Source: an uncultured bacterium (GTDB taxonomy: Bacteria; Patescibacteriota; Patescibacteriia; Patescibacteriales; UBA12465). From it: DNA of 64,000 nucleotides. The stretch lies in the NCBI GenBank assembly GCA_938003925.1, contig CALKWQ010000023.1, positions 82,885-146,884 of the forward strand, read 5' to 3'. The notes under the pieces are model-generated. The model made no database searches. It saw nothing but the letters and a program-made list of their open reading frames with translations, and was not told where the DNA came from. The position numbers were made by a program, and so were the translations under genes. Positions 27,937-33,581 of the stretch are shown in pieces; position 1 is the first letter of the stretch, and every line of letters begins with the position of its first letter.

Positions 27937-28848
27937 TTATTGACGATAATATTTAGCAGCTGCTTCTGGCAGGATTTGATTAATAATTAAACCTGATCCT
28001 AGCTCTACCCCTGCCCAAATACTTGATCGCGGCTGAATTTTTAGATAAAAATGTTGGTGCTGATTAGCAATATCGTTGTGGGTGAAAAAATTAAAGTCAT
28101 AGTCTAACCCTTTTAATTTTAAAGCAATCAGTTTTAAGGCTCTTGCCAATGAACTAATCTCGGTTGCTGATAATAAGCTTATATTATCTACGTGTCTACG
28201 AGTGGTAATCCAAGCCTCATAAGGAAACTCGCTGGCAAAGGGACAAAAAGCTATAATTTTCTGATCTTGAGTGATTAGGCGTAAACCCCGAGATTCATCT
28301 AGGCCTAGCTGGCAATAAGGGCATTTATTATTTTTCAATTGATAGGCTAATATTCTATTTCTTTCTTCAATTATATCTGGAGGCAGAATAGAGGAGGCAA
28401 AAACTTGAGAATGTATGTGTCTTAAAGAAGCTCCGGCGGCGCGACCTTGGTTTTTGAAACACAAAATATAGTTTATTTTTTTGTCTTTAGTTAATTTTTG
28501 GCTACGTAGTTGAAATAATTTTAACACTGACTCTATTTGTTTCAGACTGAGGTTGCAAAAATCTTCTTGGTGCTCATCGCTATCAATAATTATTTCCTGA
28601 TAACCATAGGCTTGCTTGTTTTTAACTGATAAGGCGGGGAAAATATTATTAATTGCTGCAACTCGCCAATTACCTTTGTTGGGTAGTTGTTGCAGGATTT
28701 TGTTTTTAGGTAGGTTGTGTGTGCAAAAAGGACAGGCAGAGTCTGCTTTTGGCTTTTTGGTGTCATTGGGCCTCTTATTTCTAGCCGGTGCAAAAATAAT
28801 GCTACGGCCGTTAAGTGGGTTATATCTAGTTTCAGCTTTTTTTTCCAT
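27937..28848 (-). CDS. galT: galactose-1-phosphate uridylyltransferase-like HIT-family nucleotidyltransferase
   Basis: Zinc-knuckle CPFC and active site RHIHSQV (the HxHxQ pattern of the GalT branch). Confidence 0.6.
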   Translation of the reverse strand: MEKKAETRYNPLNGRSIIFAPARNKRPNDTKKPKADSACPFCTHNLPKNKILQQLPNKGNWRVAAINNIFPALSVKNKQAYGYQEIIIDSDEHQEDFCNLSLKQIESVLKLFQLRSQKLTKDKKINYILCFKNQGRAAGASLRHIHSQVFASSILPPDIIEERNRILAYQLKNNKCPYCQLGLDESRGLRLITQDQKIIAFCPFASEFPYEAWITTRRHVDNISLLSATEISSLARALKLIALKLKGLDYDFNFFTHNDIANQHQHFYLKIQPRSSIWAGVELGSGLIINQILPEAAAKYYRQ

Positions 28849-28996
28849 ATTTTTAATTAAATAACAATCATATTATATCAGATTTCTAGATAAACAAAAA
28901 ACGCGCTTTGGGCGCGTTTTTCCAGTTCTATCTGACAAGTATTTTACCAGATGTTGAAAATTTGTCAAATACGATATAATGTGAAAGTATAATTAT

Positions 28997-29767
28997 ATGA
29001 TTAGCAGTAACCAAAACCCACTAATAAAAAATATCGTGCGTTTACGAAAGACCAGATCACGCAAACAGCAGGATCTAGTAATCATCGATGGCCTTAGAGA
29101 AATCTTGGTTGCCTTTGATTATGGTTTTGAATTTGTAGAGATTATTCATTGCCCGGAATTAAGCTCTGAAACCTGGTCTCAGGCCCCCTTAGAACCAATT
29201 ACGGTTACCACTCCAGTGTTTAGCAAAATCGCTTACGCCGACAACCCCAATGGTTGGCTGGCTCTAGTGCGCCCTCGTTATCAACAATTATCCGATTTAA
29301 AGATGAAAGCCAATCCCTTAATATTAGTTTTAGAGGCGGTAGAGAAGCCAGGAAATTTAGGGGCGATGTTACGCACCGCCTACGCCGCTAAAGTGGATGC
29401 GGTTATTTTAAATAAATTACAAACCGACCTCTATAATCCTAATGTCATAAAAGCTAGTTCCGGACACGTGTTTAGCGACCAAGTAGTTATCGCAGACGTG
29501 GAAGAAACCTGGGCTTGGTTGAAAGATCATGGGGTAAGAATTTTTGCCACCAATATTAAAGCAGCTAAAAACTATACCCAAGTCGATTGGTCTTCATCGG
29601 CCGCTATTGTGATGGGCACCGAGGCTAGTGGGCTTAGCGATTTTTGGAAGAAAAAAGCAGACGAAAATATCATCATCCCGATGCAATCAGGTATAGACTC
29701 GCTGAACGTTTCTGTGAGTGCGGCGGTTTTAGTTTTTGAGGCTAGGCGCCAACGAGATTTAAAGTAA
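28997..29767 (+). CDS. TrmH/SpoU-family RNA 2'-O-methyltransferase
   Basis: LVLEAVEKPGNLGAMLRTA, MGTEASGLS and IPMQSGIDSLNVSVSAAV SPOUT motifs. Confidence 0.8.
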   Translation: MISSNQNPLIKNIVRLRKTRSRKQQDLVIIDGLREILVAFDYGFEFVEIIHCPELSSETWSQAPLEPITVTTPVFSKIAYADNPNGWLALVRPRYQQLSDLKMKANPLILVLEAVEKPGNLGAMLRTAYAAKVDAVILNKLQTDLYNPNVIKASSGHVFSDQVVIADVEETWAWLKDHGVRIFATNIKAAKNYTQVDWSSSAAIVMGTEASGLSDFWKKKADENIIIPMQSGIDSLNVSVSAAVLVFEARRQRDLK

Positions 29768-29826
29768 TATCAGCTAATTTGACAGTCAGTGTTTTATCTT
29801 GTATTATCAGAATATTGTAAAAATAT

Positions 29827-29898
29827 GCGCCCATAGTTCAACGGATAGAACACCAGCCTTCTAAGCTGGATACGTAGGTTCGATTCCTACTGGGCGTA
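29827..29898 (+). tRNA. tRNA-Arg (anticodon UCU)
   Basis: Acceptor GCGCCCA/TGGGCGT, anticodon stem CCAGC/GCTGG, loop CTTCTAA. Confidence 0.8.
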
Positions 29899-29929
29899 CT
29901 TGTTAGAGAATATTAATCAATTATTATAT

Positions 29930-30118
29930 ATGGAAAATAAGAAGAAAGCGGCCGTTTCCGCTTTAAAAAAGACGATGGCCACAGCTATTAAGCCTAAGGT
30001 AGTTAAGAAAGCTCCGGTAGCTAAGAAAAAAACCAGAGAAGAAATTGAAGAGATGTTTGCTTTCAGTTTTGGTTGCGATTGTAGCTCTTGCGGTCATCAT
30101 TGTGGCGATCACAAGTAG
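29930..30118 (+). CDS. small Lys-rich protein with a C-terminal Cys/His cluster (possible metal-binding peptide)
   Basis: MENKKKAAVSALKK...KKKTREEIEEMFAFSFGCDCSSCGHHCGDHK. The track TTG at 29900 starts 1 nt after the tRNA, so I prefer the ATG at 29930. Confidence 0.4.
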   Translation: MENKKKAAVSALKKTMATAIKPKVVKKAPVAKKKTREEIEEMFAFSFGCDCSSCGHHCGDHK

Positions 30119-30141
30119 TCTTAAGTAATTAAGACGATAAT

Positions 30142-30213
30142 GGTGCCTATGGTGTAGTGGTAACACAGCAGGTTGTGGTCCTGTTATTTCGGGTTCGATT
30201 CCCGATAGGCACC
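30142..30213 (+). tRNA. tRNA-His (anticodon GUG) with encoded G-1 and C73
   Basis: G-1, acceptor GTGCCTA/TAGGCAC, D stem GTGT/ACAC, anticodon stem GCAGG/CCTGT, loop TTGTGGT. Confidence 0.85.
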
Positions 30214-30230
30214 CCCAAAGGGAATGTATA

Positions 30231-30264
30231 AAAATAACTCTAATATTAGAGTTATTTTTATTTT
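30231..30264 (+). terminator. type-A hairpin/terminator (left end of cassette 1)
   Basis: AAAATAACTCTA-ATAT-TAGAGTTATTTT followed by a T run. Near-identical copy at 31550-31584. Confidence 0.75.
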
Positions 30265-30299
30265 AGACTAGCTAGACCCCTAACGGGAAGACAAACTAA

Positions 30300-30328
30300 T
30301 TGACAGAAGATGATAAAGGTTATATAAA
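30300..30328 (+). promoter_or_regulatory. cassette 1 promoter (TTGACA-17-TATAAA)
   Basis: Read directly. Homologous promoter at 31619-31647. Confidence 0.55.
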
Positions 30329-30372
30329 TATATAAAATTAATTTTCGCAGTAGTAACTTAAAATCAATAATC

Positions 30373-30762
30373 ATGAAAAAAATTGCGGTAATCATAGATT
30401 CTAAATCTATAAGATTGTCTCTCGGTAAACTATTGAAGTGGAGGGGTTTTGATGTTTTCTTTTTTGAGAGCGAAAAGGATACAAAAGAACAGATTAAGCA
30501 TATCGATGTTCTTATTATTGATCCTTTTATACCCACTGAGTATTTAAACAACCCTAATTTTCCAGTAAGTCGAGGGTATGAAGCTGGCGTGTATTTAATA
30601 AAAGAATGTCAGAAAATTAATCCGGGGCTTGATGTGTTGATATATTCATCAATTTCTGTAGAAGGCATAAAACTAGCTGGATTATCGGAACTTATTGCAA
30701 AAAAAAGCATGATTATGCCGGAAAAATTTGAAGACATATTAGAAAGGATTACGACGGGCTAA
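30373..30762 (+). CDS. stand-alone CheY-like receiver domain protein (divergent)
   Basis: IAVIIDS near the N-terminus, DVLIIDPFIP (phospho-acceptor Asp position), and a beta-alpha alternation of receiver length (129 aa). Confidence 0.45.
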   Translation: MKKIAVIIDSKSIRLSLGKLLKWRGFDVFFFESEKDTKEQIKHIDVLIIDPFIPTEYLNNPNFPVSRGYEAGVYLIKECQKINPGLDVLIYSSISVEGIKLAGLSELIAKKSMIMPEKFEDILERITTG

Positions 30763-30777
30763 GTAACTCAAAAAGCT

Positions 30778-30810
30778 AAAGCCTGTGATTTTACATCGCA
30801 GGCTTTTTTA
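30778..30810 (+). terminator. intrinsic terminator of the cassette 1 gene
   Basis: GCCTGTGAT-TTTAC-ATCGCAGGC followed by TTTTTT. Confidence 0.75.
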
Positions 30811-30815
30811 TATCA

Positions 30816-30869
30816 ATTTACCAAATATTCCATCAAAACAGTTTTCCAAGTTTTGCGTTTAGCCACCCC
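30816..30869 (+). repeat. 54-nt junction repeat R, copy a
   Basis: ATTTACCAAATATTCCATCAAAACAGTTTTCCAAGTTTTGCGTTTAGCCACCCC. The last 10 nt match the tRNA-His 3' end at 9/10. Confidence 0.9.
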
Positions 30870-30875
30870 AGTTGG

Positions 30876-30903
30876 AAAAGACGAGTCTAAAAGCTCGTTT
30901 TTC
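30876..30903 (+). terminator. type-B hairpin/terminator (left end of cassette 2)
   Basis: ACGAG-TCTAAAAG-CTCGT followed by TTTTT. Copy at 32100-32128. Confidence 0.55.
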
Positions 30904-30954
30904 TGTTATATAATGGCAAAAATATGGTTTGCGAGAATTGACAATCTGAATTAA

Positions 30955-30983
30955 TTGACAAAAGACAATTAATATGATATACT
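30955..30983 (+). promoter_or_regulatory. cassette 2 promoter (TTGACA-17-TATACT)
   Basis: Read directly. A second TTGACA lies at 30938. Confidence 0.55.
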
Positions 30984-31092
30984 CTTATGTTATATAGTTC
31001 ATTCACAAGAAATAATAAGGTTAATTATCAAGTTTATTATAATTAGTAGATTTAACAATTAATCTTATTATTTAACATAAATATAAATAAAA

Positions 31093-31251
31093 ATGGAATT
31101 ATCATTAATTATCCTGGCAAACATAAGCTCAGGGTTTACTTTGTATTTTGCTATCAAAAAGCAAACCAAAAAAACATGGATTGCTTGGACTTTTACAGTC
31201 GTCTTTATCCTGGCTGTATTAGGACTACAAACACTTGGACTGCGATGGTAA
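31093..31251 (+). CDS. 52-aa two-TM membrane peptide (below the track cutoff)
   Basis: My translation: MELSLIILANISSGFTLYFAIKKQTKKTWIAWTFTVVFILAVLGLQTLGLRW. Promoter upstream and terminator downstream. Confidence 0.45.
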   Translation: MELSLIILANISSGFTLYFAIKKQTKKTWIAWTFTVVFILAVLGLQTLGLRW

Positions 31252-31276
31252 ATTTAATGACCTCCTCCCCGCACTC

Positions 31277-31306
31277 AAAAAGCTATCCTAATCGGATAGC
31301 TTTTTT
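31277..31306 (+). terminator. intrinsic terminator
   Basis: AGCTATCC-TAATC-GGATAGCT followed by TTTTTT. Confidence 0.75.
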
Positions 31307-31440
31307 CATACGGGGTTTCCTTTCGGGTCACGCTTCGCGTTAAGGCCTCCGCAATACTACGGGCGTCATTCATCCCCGCACTCGCGCTCCCGCTTCGCGG
31401 TTCGCCAATGAATACTCGTGCGGGGTTTCCTGACTATTTA
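31307..31440. other. GC-rich island with interleaved direct and inverted repeats (candidate structured RNA or recombination scar)
   Basis: CCCCGCACTC twice (31267, 31374), CGGGGTTTCCT twice (31311, 31421), CGCTTCGCG twice (31331, 31391). GTGCGGGG (31418) is complementary to both CCCCGCAC copies. Confidence 0.4.
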
Positions 31441-31447
31441 AAAACAC

Positions 31448-31480
31448 GTCCTGAATATTAAATTAATTCAGGACTTTTTA
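31448..31480. terminator. intrinsic terminator preceding R copy b
   Basis: GTCCTGAAT-loop-ATTCAGGAC followed by TTTTT. Confidence 0.7.
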
Positions 31481-31534
31481 ATTTACCAAATAATCTATCA
31501 AAAAAGTTTTCCAAGTTTTGCACTTAGCCACCCC
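31481..31534 (+). repeat. 54-nt junction repeat R, copy b
   Basis: 5 differences from copy a over 54 nt. Ends in TTAGCCACCCC. Confidence 0.9.
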
Positions 31535-31549
31535 TAAAGGGAATGTATG

Positions 31550-31584
31550 AAAATAACTCTAATATTAGAGTTATTTTTATTTTA
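31550..31584 (+). terminator. type-A hairpin/terminator (left end of cassette 3)
   Basis: Same hairpin as 30231-30264. Confidence 0.75.
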
Positions 31585-31618
31585 GACTAGCTAAACCACC
31601 AATGGGAAGACAAACTAA

Positions 31619-31647
31619 TTGACAAAATTAAATCAATGTGTTATAGT
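31619..31647 (+). promoter_or_regulatory. cassette 3 promoter (TTGACA-17-TATAGT)
   Basis: Read directly. Confidence 0.55.
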
Positions 31648-31741
31648 GTTTTGTTACACAGTTCATTTACAAATAACAATTAGGTTAATTATCAAGTTTA
31701 TTATAATTAATAGATTTAATAATTAACCTAAATTAGTAATA

Positions 31742-31981
31742 ATGGAAACACAAGAAAAAAAAGCCGATGGCATTGGCCCAGGCACGGCAGTAATCATTTT
31801 TATTGGGTTGGTTATTTGGGGTTCGATAGAATCCAAATATATGCCCTTGAAAGGGTTTAGATCGCTTTTCGATAACACCTGGATGTTAATCGAAGAAGTG
31901 TTTCTCCCGGCACTGCTGATCTCAATAATAGCGGGAATTTTTATTTCCCTGGCGGCCCACCTGATATACAGGGAGTTATAA
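31742..31981 (+). CDS. 79-aa two-TM membrane protein, unknown function
   Basis: Track ORF with two hydrophobic helices. Preceded by the shared leader and followed by a terminator. Confidence 0.5.
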   Translation: METQEKKADGIGPGTAVIIFIGLVIWGSIESKYMPLKGFRSLFDNTWMLIEEVFLPALLISIIAGIFISLAAHLIYREL

Positions 31982-32005
31982 TTTTTACTGCTAAAAGTTT
32001 TTGTT

Positions 32006-32034
32006 AAAGGAGCTAAGAAATTAGCTCTTTTTTA
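32006..32034 (+). terminator. intrinsic terminator of the cassette 3 gene
   Basis: GAGCTAA-GAAA-TTAGCTC followed by TTTTTT. Confidence 0.7.
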
Positions 32035-32039
32035 TATCA

Positions 32040-32093
32040 ATTTACCAAACATTCAATCAAAATAGTTTTCCAAGTTTTGTAGTTAGTTACCCC
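32040..32093 (+). repeat. 54-nt junction repeat R, copy c
   Basis: 8 differences from copy a. Ends in TTAGTTACCCC. Confidence 0.9.
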
Positions 32094-32099
32094 AGCTGG

Positions 32100-32128
32100 A
32101 AAAGACGAGTCTAAAAGCTCGTTTTTTT
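32100..32128 (+). terminator. type-B hairpin/terminator (left end of cassette 4)
   Basis: Same hairpin as 30876-30903. Confidence 0.55.
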
Positions 32129-32202
32129 GTTATATAAGAGAGAAAATATGGTTTGCCAAAATAATTTATTGACATTTTTAGATGATTTGTTAAAGTATAA
32201 TC

Positions 32203-32313
32203 CTTCCAATCAGTGTAGGATAAAACCGAACAACGAGGCGCAAGTGGGCGCCTACAAGAGTTTAAAAAACTTAGAGACTGATTGCCATAGAGATCTTAAT
32301 TGATCTCTTTTTA
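32203..32313 (+). ncRNA. candidate small RNA (promoter-to-terminator unit); the alternative reading is a 51-aa ORF at 32148-32303
   Basis: TTGACA at 32169 with TAAAGT/TATAAT 16-21 nt later. Outer stem CAATCAG (32207) / CTGATTG (32278) encloses the GC hairpin AGGCGC-AAGTGG-GCGCCT (32236-32253). Terminator AGAGATC-TTAATT-GATCTCT followed by TTTTT (32289-32313). Confidence 0.3.
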
Positions 32314-32319
32314 TTTATT

Positions 32320-32373
32320 TAAAATCAAATACTCCATCAAAATAGTTTTCCAAGTTTTGCGATTAGCCGCCCA
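32320..32373 (+). repeat. 54-nt junction repeat R, copy d (most diverged)
   Basis: The core ATCAAAATAGTTTTCCAAGTTTTGCGATTAGCCGCCC is conserved and the 5' part has diverged. Confidence 0.8.
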
Positions 32374-32378
32374 TCAAG

Positions 32379-32407
32379 AATAACCCAATTTTAAAGGGTT
32401 ATTTTTA
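32379..32407 (+). terminator. type-C hairpin/terminator after R copy d (possibly the ancestral tRNA-His terminator)
   Basis: AATAACCC-loop-GGGTTATT followed by TTTT. Confidence 0.65.
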
Positions 32408-32472
32408 TTAGTATTAATATAGTTTATATCTTTTTTGTGGATGGGGTATAATGAAGGTGTAAATAGTAAAAT

Positions 32473-32838
32473 ATGAATAAATCAATATATAAAAAATTTT
32501 TAGTCTTATGTTTTTTAATTTGTGTTTTGTTTTTTTGGGGGGCTGTATTAAGTCCAGATTTTAACATAAGGAAAGGCGTTGCGCTTATTATTTTAGACAT
32601 GAGCAAAGAGGAGTTGGCCAAAACGTATGAGAAAGATAATACTTTTTGCTTGATTGATAGCGACTGCGTCATCCAGGAGGACTGTTATTGCTGTACTGGC
32701 AATATGGCTGTAAATAAGTATAATTATAAGAATGTTGGTTGTGATAAAAATAGAGCAATCTGTGAAGCTATTTGTCCTCCTCAAGAATTATCGTGTGCAC
32801 ACAATATATGTGTTTTGAAAGATTTAACCCATTACTAA
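32473..32838 (+). CDS. small secreted Cys-rich protein (12 Cys in the C-terminal 75 aa)
   Basis: N-terminal hydrophobic signal/anchor followed by CLIDSDCVIQEDCYCCTG...CDKNRAICEAICPPQELSCAHNIC. Confidence 0.5.
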   Translation: MNKSIYKKFLVLCFLICVLFFWGAVLSPDFNIRKGVALIILDMSKEELAKTYEKDNTFCLIDSDCVIQEDCYCCTGNMAVNKYNYKNVGCDKNRAICEAICPPQELSCAHNICVLKDLTHY

Positions 32839-32870
32839 TTTTTAGATAAATCATATTTCTAGATCAATTT

Positions 32871-33431
32871 ATGATTAGATTAAATACGGATAACGATTAT
32901 CAAATCAGAAAAATAACGCCAGACGATATTTTGGCTCTGCACAAAATATATTTTTTAGCTTGGTTGGACACCTATCCTAATGATGAATTTCATATCACAA
33001 AAGAGGATATTATTTATAAATATGAGCAAAGACTGACTCCGGAAAAAATCCAGGAAGGTAAAGAGAAGATTTTGCGCACAACAGAAAATGAACTCAAATT
33101 GCTTTTAGAGTATAAGGGAGAAATTGTGGCTCTTTGTAATGTGGTCAAAGAACAGGAATATAATCAGCTTCAGGCTATCTATGTCTTGCCCGAATATCAA
33201 GGTTTAGGACTGGGACCAGCTCTTTGGTTTGAGGCCAAGAAATTTTTAGATGCAAATAAAAACACCATCGTTCACGTAGCTTCATATAATAATCGGGCTA
33301 TTAGATTTTACGAAAAACTGGGATTTATAAGTACAGATAAGGTTTTTAGTGATGAAAAATTTAAAATGCGAAATGGTGCTATTATTCCAGAACTAGAAAT
33401 GATAAGGCCGGCTGAAAATAGACTACATTAA
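32871..33431 (+). CDS. GNAT-family N-acetyltransferase
   Basis: Acetyl-CoA motif A: QAIYVLPEYQGLGLGPALW ... NNRAIRFYEKLGF. Confidence 0.8.
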   Translation: MIRLNTDNDYQIRKITPDDILALHKIYFLAWLDTYPNDEFHITKEDIIYKYEQRLTPEKIQEGKEKILRTTENELKLLLEYKGEIVALCNVVKEQEYNQLQAIYVLPEYQGLGLGPALWFEAKKFLDANKNTIVHVASYNNRAIRFYEKLGFISTDKVFSDEKFKMRNGAIIPELEMIRPAENRLH

Positions 33432-33581
33432 CCTGTCCATCATCATCTATTGAGTGAATGTTTTTTCTGACGTTGTGCTGTTAAAAATTTTAGGTGCCTG
33501 ATTCTGGGCTTATTGCCTGGGTTTTTATTTATTTGATATTTTTAGAAAATCAGGTAATATGGGTTTATAAGTTATAAAATT

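Noticed and set aside
28897-28922. Orphan terminator-like hairpin (ACGCGC-TTTGG-GCGCGT with A and T runs) in the divergent intergenic region between the galT-like gene and the trmH-like gene
   Set aside because: No gene converges on it from either side, and I could not find a convincing promoter for a small RNA. It could be a protein-binding palindrome or a chance hairpin. The evidence is insufficient.
30258-30551. 97-aa minus-strand ORF overlapping the cassette 1 promoter and the receiver gene; also 32424-32672 and 32593-32784 on the minus strand
   Set aside because: These ORFs run antisense through promoters, terminators and the plus-strand genes. Their translations are AT-rich and low in complexity. 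The plus-strand units have a complete promoter, ORF and terminator structure.
30816-30869. R repeats as C-terminal remnants of a minus-strand gene (the reverse translation gives ...KTWKT[VIF]L[MI][ED]YLVN*)
   Set aside because: In every copy the frame is closed by a stop 10-30 codons upstream, and there is no start codon. Differences between copies are not biased toward synonymous positions. Conservation therefore appears to act at the nucleotide level.
32207-32287. tRNA-like appearance of the cassette 4 RNA (7-bp terminal stem followed by CCA)
   Set aside because: There is no discriminator base and no D or T arm with conserved GG or TTC motifs. The central hairpin has a 6-nt loop without U33. 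I keep it only as a generic structured-RNA candidate.
32441-32450. DnaA-box-like TTGTGGATGG upstream of the Cys-rich protein gene
   Set aside because: It is a single 7/9 match far from the origin, so most likely chance.
33470-33540. GGTGCCT, identical to the tRNA-His 5' end, in the intergenic region before the kinase-like gene (a possible far boundary of an island)
   Set aside because: This is only a 7-nt match, which is expected by chance. There is no further tRNA similarity and no R-like sequence nearby.
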